The notes beneath the pieces were generated by a model, which worked only from the letters and a program-made list of their open reading frames with translations, was not told the origin of the DNA and did no database searches. Shown one piece after another: positions 25,577 to 38,150 of a DNA stretch of 64,000 nt. This DNA comes from Azolla caroliniana (lineage: Eukaryota; Plantae; Polypodiophyta). Numbering within the stretch: the stretch's first letter is position 1; each line of letters opens with the position of its first letter. The position numbers and the translations under genes were made by a program. The stretch covers positions 16,864,001-16,928,000 of the forward strand of contig JBHGNT010000006.1 of assembly GCA_043228905.1 (NCBI GenBank), in the 5' to 3' direction.

Positions 25577-28500
25577 GCACGCAATCCCGTTGCACCGTCA
25601 CCTTAGCTGATCTCACTTTCTCACACCACTTTTATGACTTGCCCCACCAACTATTCCCCCTCACCTTAGGTTGCGATTGGTTCCTCAAGCGTCCCGCTAT
25701 AATTGATTTCACTACCCACCAACTTCTTGTCCCACAAGCTCCCCCGATCCCCCTACTACACGATAGCCCCCCTATCCCCCACCTCAGCCAAGTCCATGTG
25801 GCCCTAGGTCCATAGGTGCGATTGATCTCCATCCGCCAATTGTTAGCTAGTTTTTGCTCACTAGCCATGTCCATCTATTATCTTATCATGGCCTTCAGTT
25901 CCACGGGGATGTTCTCAATGTTGTTGCATCTCAACTAGGTGTCAACCATGTGTTTACGTCCCTATACCATCCTCAAACAAATGGCCTCACCAAACGCCTC
26001 AACAAGACCCTCAAGCAGGAGATTGCCGCTTACATCAATCCATGCCACAAAACCTAGGATCAAATCTTGTCTTTCGTTACCCACGCCTACAATACATCTG
26101 TACAAGAGTCAACACAGATTAGCCCTTTTTCGAGCACTCTATGGGCGTGACCCTCGCCTGCCACTAGAATCGTCCATCGATGTCCATTTCAAAATTGTCA
26201 ACATGGATAGTGCCACTTGGGGGCTCTATCTCCAACAGATTTTCCCCCTCCTTCGACATGCCAGCTCCTGAAATCTACAAGTCGCACAGTAGTGCCAGAA
26301 GCGAGGCACTACGAGGTCGAATTACCCCAACTTATGCTTATGGAACCAATGTCCTTGTTTACTTCCCAGTTCGGCGACGTGGTCTCAGCGAATCCCTCAT
26401 GCACCAATGGATCGGCCCATTCACTATAGTTCATGCCATCAGATCCACTACGTATTTGCTCCGAGGCGATTCCAACGGCCGATTCACCTCCGCCCATATT
26501 GCCCACATCAAGCCCTATGCCACCCCAAGCCCATCTTCTAACTCTCGTCCTTTTCCCATGTCGTAAACCTCCTTTTTGTTTTCGGGGGGGAAATGTGGTG
26601 TGCATGTATTCCTTTGTGCCACCCTTTTAGCACACCCTTTTTAGCATGCTTGTAGCTAAGCCAACCACCCTTTTAGCACACCCTTTTTAGCACGCATGTA
26701 GCTAAGCCAACCCAAATGGGTACATTCTTCAAAGGAATGAGAATATGATAAAGGCTTAGAAGGTAAGGAATGAGAAAGGCTTAGAAGTTTATGCTCATAT
26801 ATTGATAAATTTGTCCCGAACATATATCAGTAACAAGCTGGAAAATGAATTCGGTTCTAATAGAATGCAATTCAATATAGTGGCTACATCAATAAAATGT
26901 GTTTTAAGGATGTCAGAGGACCAAGTTTTGATTTACTCGAATTGTGATAGTTTGTAATCTGCACATTCACAAAGATATGCAATAATACAGAAGTAGATGA
27001 ATCTTGATTAGGTGCAAGACATTTTAAGGGGGAGGTGGATTATGAGCTGCAATGGGTGTTTGACATGGGACAACAGATCAGGGAGATATTGGGTTAGACC
27101 TGGGTAAATGTTGTTAATGGTGTGAGTTATATCATACAGTAGGTAGGTTAGGAGAGTATTGTTTACCCAACATTTGAAAAAGCAGATTTTTCTGTCATGG
27201 GGATATGTAAGATTTGGTTAAATTTAGAGCTATGATTTAATTGGAACTTGATACTGCAATCATGATAGATTATATGATCAAAACATGGTACTGATCATGT
27301 TCATTAAAATCTGATATAATTTAATCCAAACCCAGTAAATTTCTTATCCTCATATGAGATAACAATGCTAATTGAATATTGCTCATAATAGTGTGAACAC
27401 AACAAGTCCAACGAGCACAATCTTGTCCTCAACAGACGTCAATCTAAACAATGCTCCAATGTCCTTATTATGGATATTATGAGATGGTTCCAATTACACT
27501 TGTGAACTTCACATTTCAATAAATTATCATACCATTCAAACATAAAATTTATCCACCAGCAGAGTTGATATTAAGCCTTGAATGTTGTCAAAACAAAGTT
27601 AGGCATCAAACACTTCATACACCCCAGCAGCACCTAATACCTAGCTTCTTACTGTTGGCTCTCAATTTACATTTTGCTCTGAAGGTGGATTGACTTGTTT
27701 ATGCTGTGTGAAACAAATATTTGAATTAACCAAAATCCATCACTGCACGCCTGCAAGAAATATTTTTATCACCCATAATATTAAACTAATTTTGAATTCT
27801 AGAATCATTACAATCCATTAAATGTAACGATCAAACTATCCACTGTGATAATGATTGAAAACAATGTGGCCAAATACATGTGATTATTTGCTGACCTTAA
27901 CTAAACTAACATACGTGTTTGCTGATAATGAAGAGATTGACAATTTTGAAATTAATAGAGATAGATACTGAGAATTAAGTCAAAGAATATGTTCCTGTGG
28001 CTACTCAATCTTGAGGTTAATCGTGTATTTGAACACATTTCTTACTTACAAATGAAGTCAAAAACGAATTCAGCAAAAAATAGTATACTGCAAAAATCAG
28101 TCCAGTTGAACGCTAGTTTCGGATAGTAATGACAGCAGCAGATCACTTATCTGGGTTTAACATTGATCATTAATGATAATAGATCGTGAAACAGTAGCAG
28201 ATGACATGTCTGGGTTTAATATGGTCATTACTGATCATAAGTAGTAAAATAGTAGCAGATCACATATGGTCATAAATGATATGATCAAACTACACCTGAA
28301 TTCAATGACTCCCTGATGTCGCAAAATTCTCTCTTTTTCCAGTCTCTGATCTAACTTTCTAGATAATACAACATTTTATGGGAAGTTTGATCCTCCTGAA
28401 TTACACAGGGTTCCCATTAACACGGGTTATGGTTACAAGCTTGTCAAGAAATCGAAGTCTCCAAGCATTTACTGGACTTGACCCTTATGATAGTAAGAAG

Positions 28501-28766
28501 AAAAATGTTTGTATCCCAGCAAAGAAGCAATCTGTTATTGGTAGAATCGAGACAACAGTTAAGCCAATAAATAAAAAAGCACAGAGAATTAGTCATTACC
28601 TGGATGTTAATTGCAGAGAGAAAGCTGCACTAATCCATGACTCTCATCAGCATTGGAATGAGAATTGAATAATTCTACACAATAACGTCTGTCTCTACCA
28701 TCAATGGGGAGGATTTTGTGATGATATACATCAAGGCAAGAGCAAATATAAGATGATGTTTCAAGC

Positions 28767-29375
28767 TCAGCTAGCATTTTTTCTAGCAGTTTTTTTTGGA
28801 CGCTTTGCTACTGGCTCAGTTTCTTTGGTTTCTCCCACCGATACAATCACTTTGCTATCATCAGGTTTGTTGTCGACAAATGGCCTCTTCAGACCTTCCG
28901 CGTTACCAAACAACCATGGCCATGGAGCAAGCGTAGCATTATCAGTATCCCCTTTGTTTGCATTATCCATTATCCGCATTTGCTCATACATAGGATATGG
29001 TAGGTTGGCTAGGCTCTCATATAAAAGCCATTCTGAAGGTTGACCTGGTTGATGTGGAATGATTGCTCCACTAGGAACTGAGCTTGTGACCACAAGTTGA
29101 GTTGACGTATCAGAGACAAGTTGAGAGGCAGCATGCTCAATATTTGAGTTAACTAAGTTCTTCAGTGTTCCACTTGTACTTTTTTCTTGAGAAGTTTCAT
29201 TAGTCTGTTCAGTTGGAGATTTATCACTTCCTTCTTCTAGCCCTTCTTCTAGCTCCTTTGCAGGCTCCGTTTTTGAGCTCCCCCTACCAGTGTCATGTTT
29301 ACTACCTCTCTCGATAAATGCAAAAACCTCCCTTCTTGATCGAAAGCGACGCTGTGAAACGGGATCTAAGAAGTA
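28767..29375 (-). CDS. Methyl-CpG-binding domain protein, exon 3 (C-half of MBD and C-terminus)
   Basis: Acceptor TACAG|; YFLDPVSQRRFRSRREVFAFI; open to TGA at 28767; ends in a basic NLS-like KRPKKTARK. Confidence 0.85.
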   Translation of the reverse strand, partial: YFLDPVSQRRFRSRREVFAFIERGSKHDTGRGSSKTEPAKELEEGLEEGSDKSPTEQTNETSQEKSTSGTLKNLVNSNIEHAASQLVSDTSTQLVVTSSVPSGAIIPHQPGQPSEWLLYESLANLPYPMYEQMRIMDNANKGDTDNATLAPWPWLFGNAEGLKRPFVDNKPDDSKVIVSVGETKETEPVAKRPKKTARKNAS

Positions 29376-30709
29376 CTGTACAAAACAATTCAGTACAAAG
29401 AGATTATATAGTTACTGAATAGAATGATGGGTGCAGATATCATTAATTATTCACAGACATAGTCCTCATTGCATTCGTGAAATGTGTTTGGAAAAGAAAA
29501 ACATACTGGCATGCATGTAGCTATGTCACAATACAAAGAAAATTGAACTTATTAGTCACTAAAACTTGTTTTGGCTTGTGCAAAGTGGTCCATTTTTCAG
29601 TTTCTGTCCCTACAATTTAAGATTTGAATGGCTCCAAGACTGCTAAAAACAAAGACCAATAAATATTTTACTTATGAATTTCTTTATAATTTTGTTTTTC
29701 TCATGTTTTGTTTTCCTCACGCTTCCTCTTCTGATGAGAGAAAAATAAGATTAATGGCTAGCACTAATTTCCATATACTTGTGGCCCTTTCGATAAAGCA
29801 TTTTAGATATATTGCTGTCTTCAGTAATGCAATAATTGCAGTACTTACAACTCTATTCATATAATTGGAGGATTACAAAATAGTCTCAATGGAAAACTTA
29901 TTATCTTTTTGGAACAGACACTGAGATAAGAAGGCCACAAAGCTAAGATGATTGAAAGACTGATGTAGGAAATCGTTGGACCTCCAGCCCCCGAAGACAG
30001 GTTGCCAATGTCAAGGTAAGATCATAACAGCACTAAATTTTCAGCATCATTCAGCTGCATTGTCAACCAATAGAGAGACCGTAGTTGCTAGTTGAATATG
30101 AAAAGCAAATAGTGGACATGCATTTTCATGCTTCCTTTTGCAAACACCTACCTTATTTGTAAAGAAAGTATGAAAATATATTTGAGTTATAAAATATACA
30201 CTCTATTATCAAATTAATTTCTGAGACGTTTATAAAGGCTATGGTCAATCATACTCATTAACAAGAACACGAAAACAAGTTGGAATATGATAATAGATCT
30301 AAACATATATTATCGCAATTATCATCATTTGGGAAGACCTTACAGAAGCACAGTGAGGTAGACATAATTCCTTTGAATATCAAAACTTCCGGAAGTATGA
30401 CATAAATGACAGTAATAAGTAGCTATCGTGATGAACCTGTCCCAAAAAAGAGGGGGAAAAATAGCAAAAAATGGGAAAGAACTCAATCAAGAGTTTTTCA
30501 AAATGTCATTTCTTCTAGCTGTGAGCAATTTTCCTCATCAGTACAGCAATATATTGATTCTACGAATGGAAAACGTTTAAGATGCGATCATAGGCCCAAC
30601 ACTATCTTTATCAACTGTCACCTAATACAGTTCCTCGCATTTCATGCATCATGTCTTACTTCTATCTTCATGATGACTATGACACTGACACAGTACCAAG
30701 AAGTTTTAC

Positions 30710-31293
30710 CTTATCTTTTGCACCAGCGCTACTTCCAGTTCCTCTGGTTTTCATCTCTGTGATCCAACCAGGAGGCAGCCAATTAGGTGACTCAACAACT
30801 TCGACCTTTCGTGCAGAAGGCTGGGAAGATGCAGCCACTGGAGATGTCATCTCCTCTACAACCTCCTCCTCACGAATGCACAAGGCCAATGATTGATCTG
30901 CATCTGCACCTGCATCTGTATCTGCAACATCAGCTGATTCCGATGCCTTTGCATGTTCTTTCAAAACTTTCAGCTTGGATGTTTTAGCTCCAGATTTAGG
31001 GATTTTAGAACTAGCATTGGGGCTTTTAGTCCTAACCTTGTGGCTCTTAGTACTAGCCTTTGGAGTTTTAGTACTACCACCCTTTGGGCTTTTGGTAGAA
31101 GCCTTTGGGGTCTTTGTACCAGCCTTCTTTCTCGAAGGTCTCCTGCGTCCTCCTCTTACCAAAGATACTTGAGTTTTGCCTTTCTGATCTGGTGTTGTGA
31201 ATACCCCAGCAGAAGGTATGGGTTCTTGATGTGGAGATTCGGGAAGTATTTCCCCTTTTGTCTGCATCTCGTCTAAACTTTGGTTAGCAAAAT
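30710..31293 (-). CDS. Methyl-CpG-binding domain protein, exon 2
   Basis: PNWLPPGWITEMKTRGTGSSAGAKDK|GTAAAA, the N-half of an MBD. Phase-1 acceptor TTTGTAG|AT inferred to match exon 1. Confidence 0.8.
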
Positions 31294-32820
31294 CTACAAA
31301 TTCAGTAATACTAGGATTAGCAACATTCACAGGTAGTTCAAGCTGATAAAAATTTTATTTCTTAGACAATGTTTGGTTAACAAAATCTAGAAATCAATGG
31401 AAATTAGCAGTACCAACAATGAGCAAAGATTCACATTGAACAGATTTTTGAGAGTTTCGTTGTCTTAAGCAGTAGGGTTAGAGAAACAACAGAACACAGA
31501 TTCAAGTTGATAAGAAAAGCTTATTCTCACATAATTCCTGGTTAACAGTATCAAGCAATTCCCTGAAATTAGGGTTGGCAATATTCAGTAAAGGTTCAAG
31601 TCAATAAAACTTTGAAACTTTCCTTTCCTTCAGGTTAGAGAAAGAAATGAACAGAATCAAATGGCCTCACATACTCTTTGGTTACCAAAATCTAGCAAAC
31701 TATTGAAATTATGGTTCACAACATTGAGGGAACGTTCAAGCTTCTCAGATATTTTATTTCTCCCAGACTTAAGGTTAGAGAAACAATGCAACAAAGATTC
31801 GGGCTGATGAAATTTTGATAGAATAAAGTTTCAAACTGGTCAACAACTTATGTTCTACCATAATCTTTGGTTCACAAAATCTAGCAATTCGGTGAGATTA
31901 GGGTTTACAACATCCATCAAGGTTGATGGTTGTTAGGACTTTGACATTTTTCTATCCTTGGGATTAGAGAAATAACAGAACAAAGTTTCAAGCTGATCAA
32001 AAATTTTCATTCTCACATAATTCCTTGGCTTGACATTTTAGGTTAGAAACATTCAGTGAAGATTCAAGCTGATCAAGAGTTTTAGCTTTCTTGCTTTAGG
32101 AGTTAAAGGACAAAATGAATTGGAATCAGAGGGTTCAAGAAACAACAGAATAAATGCTCAAACTGATCAGAAAGTTCATTTTTATATAACCCTTGGTTCA
32201 GATAATCTAGTAATTCACCAAGATTAGGGTTTTACACATTTACTAAATGTTTAACCAGATCTTAAATTTGAATTCTACCTAGAGTTAGTGTTAGAGAAAT
32301 AACATAACAAAGGTTGAATTTCATAAAACACATAATATCTCAAACATCATCGGGTTTAGTAAAATCCAGTGGAGGCTTCAAATTTTTGAAATTTCTCCTT
32401 TGGCTGGGGTTAGAGAAACGACAGACAAAAGGCTCAAGCTGCCAAAAAAGTTCCTTTCCCATACACTCCTTGGTTAGAAACATGCAATCAAGTTTCACCA
32501 TTTTGGGGAATCTTCATTTGTCTTAGGGATAGACAAACAACAGAATCAAGATTTTGTTTGTCTTAGAATTAAAGAACAAAGATTCAACCTGATAACAAAT
32601 GTTCATTCCTCAACATACTTTGGTTAGAAAAACCCAATAAGGGATCAACAGTTGTGCATACTTGCATTTGCCTTGTGTTTAGAGAGACAATAGCAGAACA
32701 AACGTTCAAACTGTTAACAAAAGTCGTTTCTCACACACACTTGGGTTAGAAGAATCTATCCAAGATCATCAGTTTTTAATATTTTCCTTTGTTTCAGGGT
32801 TAGATAGACAAAACAGAATA
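31270..32820 (-). repeat. Degenerate tandem array (~150-190 bp units) filling MBD intron 1
   Basis: Recurring plus-strand motifs TTGGTT..AAATCTAG, ATTAGGGTT, TTCAAGCTG and TTAGAGAAACAACAGAA. Confidence 0.75.
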
Positions 32821-32861
32821 GAAAAACAAAGGAAAAGGTTAGAGCTTGAAAAATAACTCAC

Positions 32862-33069
32862 CTGCGTTTACATTTCCAGAAACTTCTGCAGGTTTGGTGT
32901 CATCAACGACCACATTATATTTCATGGCCCAAGATTCGATCGTCTGCAGCATTTCCTCAAGAAAGAAGATCAGATCGTTTCCACTCCTCGCACCAGAAGA
33001 TATGAGTTCGATGGTCTGAGCCATGTCCTGAAGAATTTCTCGAAGAGCTTCGATATTGTCATCGTCCAT
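32862..33069 (-). CDS. Methyl-CpG-binding domain protein, probable exon 1
   Basis: ATG at 33069, open acidic/helical frame, strong donor CAG|GTGAGT. The spliced CDS is 1401 nt and stays in frame. Confidence 0.65.
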
Positions 33070-33275
33070 CTCTTTCAATCGCTGTGCAAAGATGCGCTCA
33101 GAAGAAAGTGGAAACGGGGACGCTTTTTCGTCGTTGTAAGAAACAAGAAGATCAGAGGTAATGGGGTAGGATCGAAGCTTTCGTCTCAGTTCCGGGCTAT
33201 GGCGAAGGCACGCAGGGAAAAGGCTTGTCTATGGCTTCTTCTGCTAATCGACAACAGCAGAAGCAAGTGACGGTA

Positions 33276-33278
<3 letters not shown>

Positions 33279-33323
<45 letters not shown>
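33279..33323. repeat. (TC)n microsatellite upstream of the MBD gene
   Basis: Perfect TC run ~210 bp upstream of the ATG. Confidence 0.95.
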
Positions 33324-33327
<4 letters not shown>

Positions 33328-34638
33328 CTCTGCCTCTGCCTCTGCCTCTCCATCCGCTATGTGTTGTGTGTGTGTATGTAATTTGTATATGTATGTAATT
33401 TGTATGTGTATGTATGTAGAGTTGGTTATGTATTTATTTACGTATATATATATATATATACACGAGACTCGGTAATGTATGTATGTATGTATATATATAT
33501 TTGCACATATACGTATATTGGCAACGATGTTGTTTTGGGCCGGATCGGCTCAGAAGCCGAGAGCCGGATCAGATGGAGATCGATCGGCTAGGCCCAGATC
33601 GGTTGAGGAAGCTAAGAGCCGCATCGGATGGAGATCAATCGGCTAAGCCCGGATCGGCTGAGGAAGCCGAGAGCTGGATCGGATGGAGACCGATCGACTA
33701 GGCCGAGTCGGATGGAATTTGACAGGCCATTAGGGGCCTGTATTCCTATTTTAGTAAATAAGAATATTATAGGTTGTTAGTGTCAAGCTCAGTTAATGAG
33801 CATTCAAGTACTTGTCAGTCCTTCTAGGACTGGTATAAAGAGTGCTCATTGAGCACATTTTATGTATAGAGTATTATTATTTTGAATACGAGTTTTTGTT
33901 GTCTACTCTCTTTGTCTCTCTCTCATACTATGTATCTCAATTCTCTGCATATACCTATATGTTGTATTTCCGGATAACCGACTGTTTCCCTTGTGTTTTG
34001 CACAATGCTTCCGCACATCATCTTTTACATGGTATTAGAGTGTGAGGGTTAGAAGAATCCTTTGATGCCGACAAAGCGAACAAGACCAAAAACAAGCTTT
34101 CATCTTCCGGAAAAGAAATGATAGGACCATGGATAGAGGCATGGGCAGCTTGCTTCCAACAAAGAAGCTCGACAGAAGCAACTACGCATTTTGGTCATAC
34201 AAGATGCACCAGTACCTACTCGGGCACGGATACTGGAGTTATGTCGAAGGAGCTAATGATGCAACACCGGATTCGACACACACTGATTTTTCAGCCTGGG
34301 AACAAGTGGCAAGTAGAGTCCTTTACTACTTCGCATCTAGTGTGATTGACTAGCTACTAAGCTACATTCGGGACGCCAAAACGCCGAAGGATGGTTGGGG
34401 AAATTTGAAGAAGACTTTCACCGCAAGCACCACAACCAGAAAACTATAGCTCAGACAGGAGCTAAACAATGTTCGAAAGAGAGATATGTCGATGAGTGAT
34501 TACACCTCCAAAATCAAGGAAATATGTGACTCGCTCAAGTCTATCAACGTGACGGTTGAAGAAGATGATTTGCCTCGGAGGTTTGGCGCAAAAGCTTGGA
34601 TTATTCTGAACAGCGATCTGCATGAGAGAGAATACTAT

Positions 34639-34983
34639 TGATTATGGGATCGGCCACAACCGATTATCACTCACAAGTATTTGAAATGAAATGAACAAAA
34701 AACTGAATTCAACGACACAGAGACACAAGATGTTAACGTGGAAACCCTGAAATGGGGAAAACCACGGGAGCCCACTGACCCCAAACAGAATCATTATGTA
34801 TGAGAGGAAATACAATAAGAGACTCAGAGGCGACAACCTCAAGCTCTTCTTCGTCTACAGACGGTTGTAGAGTTACCACTCTCTCACACACTCTCTTTAA
34901 CACTAGTTACACATGCAACTACCAACTACAACTATTCACAACAATGATTCATGTTCATATCTAACTACTTGCCCTAAGTATAT
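34639..34983 (-). mobile_element. Partial LTR related to the 8129-8690 LTR family, inverted
   Basis: Reverse complement contains GGGCTCCCGTGGTTTTCCC..GGGTTTCCACGT and CGGTTGTGGCC, as in 8561-8670. Confidence 0.7.
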
Positions 34984-35859
34984 TGTTAATAATTAGGTAA
35001 TTAACTAGGGTTAATTAGGGTCTAATTACGTGAGTATTGATAAAGTAGTGGAAGATTATGTGATTTGTGTGTGTATGTGTGTGAGAGGAAGAGAGAGAGG
35101 ATGATACACTTATGAATAATAATATAAATGGGGGATGATTAACGAGAGTGTAGCTAAAGACCTTTCTTTGTATTAATAAGCATCAAAATACAACGATATC
35201 CACAATGTGGTATATATATTTCTCATGTGTAAGGGTGCACATGTGTGAGGAGAATATAGGTACAAAGGTGTAAGTCCTATATTAAATGAACATGTGAGTG
35301 GAGGATCTAGAATGTATCCCACTCAAGTACAAAATCCTATTTAAGGCTTTAAGGTCAACACACTAACTAGATTCTATCTAGGTAACTACTAAGTTACGTG
35401 GTTAACTAAATGACTAAACTAAATTGAGCTTGATATCTCAACACGCCCCCTCAAGCTCAAGTGTGAGGTGTCCGACATTCGGTTTTCCTTTTAGCGTTGT
35501 TCGACTTTCGAAGTCGGCTTCTGTTCGGCTTTCGGCGTCGGCATTTTGGTGGCGGCATTCTCGGTTCCTCCTCATCAAACTTGTGATGAAGGCTTGTAGT
35601 GTTAGATGGTCAAAGGTCGAGTGCTTCCATTCGTTGTGGGTCACGAGCCACTACCTTCATCGTGAAGGCATAATGATGGGCCATTTCTCGTTGTAGCCGA
35701 GTCGAGTGACGGGGATCTTCTCTCTAGATGAGCGTCAAAGTTTTTCCCTCGCCGATGTGATCACCTTCTTTACTCCGGGTGTCCGCATGATGGGTACACC
35801 AAATTCATTTTCTACTAAGGGAGTTGACACATCCGAATCATTGTCGTCAGGGACCAACG

Positions 35860-36222
35860 GATGTGAGAGACCATGTGCGATCTTCACTGGGAACTGGAAC
35901 ACCAACAACTATGAGCTACCATGTGTGGTCCTCACCAAAGACACAAACACCAACAAACGTGAGTGACCATCTCCAGTCCTCACCGGGAATTGGAACGCCA
36001 ACTAGCGTGAGAGACCATGTGTGGTCCTCACCGGAGACACGAACATCAATGGACGTGAGCGACCATGTGCGGTTCTTATCGGGAACTGGAACACCAACAA
36101 ACGTGAGCGACCATGTACGGTCCTCACCGGGAACTGGAACACTAACAGTGTGACCGACCATGTGCAGTCCTCACCAGAGACATGAACACCAACGGACATG
36201 AGCGACCTTGTACGATCGTCAT
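35860..36222. repeat. 48-bp tandem minisatellite, ~8 copies
   Basis: CCAT anchor recurs at 35871, 35919, 35967, 36015, 36063 and 36111; two unit variants. Confidence 0.9.
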
Positions 36223-36232
36223 CAAAGTATAA

Positions 36233-37031
36233 TGTCACGACACAATCATGACATAAAATATATAGTTGGCGAGGATTGAACCTACAACCTCACTTCAACA
36301 AGACATCATGCTCAACCATTTGGATATGACCATGTATTTGTATATAATACTTTAGTATTATATATTCTAGCATACAATACATTCCAGAATATTCTAGTCT
36401 TTCGTATATTCTAGAGATATTCTATTGTGTATTCTAGACGGGTATATTCTAGAGATATTTGTCGGGTATGTTCTAGAGATATTTCTCTAGTATATTCTAG
36501 AAATATTCAATCTCAAAACTTGTATAAATACTTGTAACCTCCGTGCTCCCGTTCAAGGGATTCAACACTAGTCATTGACACATCAATCTAGAATTCTCGT
36601 TTCGCCCCATCTTATCTCCTTGATCTTCATGTCTGTCTTCATGCTCTTGTGTCATTCCCTGTCGTAAGTTCCTCGCCTCATCGCTCTGTCGTAGCCTCGT
36701 CATCCATGCTCCGTCGTAGTCCATGGTTGGTGTGTGTGTGATAGTTTGAATCCCTTTAAAGGAACCAAGAAGGTTACAAGTATTTATACTCTAAGTTGAA
36801 GTACATGCATTAGATTATTTTGAAGAATATTTTGGAACCTTCTAGAACCTTGGAACTTTCTAGATATCTAGAGAGCATACCTAGATCATGTACGTCTTAT
36901 ACAATGATATGTAGATCAAATATATCTTATACAATGCTCATATCAAAGTGATTGAGCATGATGTATTGTTGATGTGAGGTTGCAAGTTCAATCCTCACCA
37001 ACTATATATTTTATGTCATTGTATTGTGACA
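36233..37031. repeat. Long imperfect inverted repeat made of two LTR-like arms
   Basis: TGTCAC..ATGACATAAAATATATAGTTGG at 36233 is mirrored by CCAACTATATATTTTATGTCAT..GTGACA ending 37031; TATAAATACTTGTAACC is mirrored at 36772-36789. Confidence 0.8.
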
Positions 37032-37638
37032 GCCGACCTTGTTTGGCAAGGAAGCTCCCCCTACTTCCGAAGGTTCCTCGATGGCTTCCATCTTCTTGTC
37101 GAAGGTTTGAGTTTCCTTTGTGACATGGGCTGAATTGACCTCTTCTATCGCCTCGACCTCGTCCTTGGCCACCATTCGAATTTGAGAAGAACATTTGTCC
37201 TTCTGACATTTTGGTCTTGGATCAGACGTGGTTCTCTCTGACCAATAACATTGATTGGCGGTCGAAGAACAAATGAGGGTTTTCTCTTGCTAAGATAGAC
37301 ATCCTTATCGGGTCGAACCATTGTGTAAGGCCGCCCAAACATACTTGAACCATCTCGTATTCGTCAGCATTTACGTTGATGGAGCCAAGCGAGTCGCAAA
37401 TGCTCTTGATCTTGGCGGTGTAGTCCAACACAAGCATATCTTTTTGTTGTATGTTGTTCAACTCTTGCCTGAGTTGAAGCTTGCGGGTGGTCGTGTTGGC
37501 GGCAAAAAATTTCGTGAAGTTTGCCCACGCTTCTTTAGGCGTCTTGGCGGCTCGAATGTGGCTAAGCATATGTGGTTGTGGACACATGTTGCCAAGCAAT
37601 ACATTACTCGACTTACTCCTTGCTCCCATGTTGGGTAG

Positions 37639-38150
37639 TGTTGGGAAATAGGTCCCTCCTGATGGGAAGAGAGAAGAGCCGAGTTCATGAGCAACTCAGC
37701 CGAGGCCGAAACCGAAATCGTGTAGACAGCCAACTTGGGAGATTATATCTATAAATAGTCAAAATAAGCCTCTATGGGTTATACTTGTAAATAGTTTGAA
37801 AGTTGTACTAGTATATAAGCATCTAGGGCAATCATTACATGTGTATCATCATTGTGAGATAGTTAGAACGGGGAAGTTGTCTCCGTAACTGAGAGAACGT
37901 GTGAGAGAGGGAGAGTGCAAGTAAGTGCAACTCTATAGTCGTCTGTTGACGAAGAACTTGAGGTCATTTCCTCTGAGTTTCTTGTTGTACCCCCCTCATC
38001 ATCATAGTGATCTATTTTGGAGCAAGTGCACTCCACGTGGTTTTTCCCAATTCGGGTTTCCACGGTAAAATCTGTGTGTTCTCTGTTTTTAGCTATTTTG
38101 TTCTTCGGTTTTCTGTCTGAGCGTTATTTCTTGCACACAAATATATGAAT
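37639..38150 (+). mobile_element. Solo LTR related to the 8129-8690 family, inserted in gag
   Basis: Starts TGTTGGGAAATAGGTCCCTCCTGATGGG like 8129; flanks GGTAG/GGTAA; the host gag reading (GYPTWEQ) rejoins across it. Confidence 0.75.

Larger units (their letters stand above)
18341..26722 (+). mobile_element. Ty3/Gypsy element with short LTRs and tRNA-Ala PBS, heavily deleted; host of the LINE and Copia
   Basis: LTR 18341-~18550 matches 26594-26722 (truncated). PBS TGGTGGAGATGTGGGG at 18553. Protease ILLDSGS ~18856. Integrase YHPQTNGL..LNKTLK and WIGPF at 25850-26530. G-rich PPT before 26594. Confidence 0.8.

Noticed and set aside
26723-28700. Additional gene between the Gypsy nest and the MBD gene
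   Set aside because: AT-rich, with only ORF 28378-28668, which has no motif and is antisense to the MBD 3' region.
31294-31343. Exon 2 acceptor at TATCAG|CTT
   Set aside because: Phase 0, incompatible with the phase-1 donor of exon 1 unless an extra exon intervenes; direct joining gives an immediate TGA.
35860-36222. CRISPR-like array
   Set aside because: Units are contiguous with no unique spacers, there are no cas genes, and the context is a eukaryotic retroelement.
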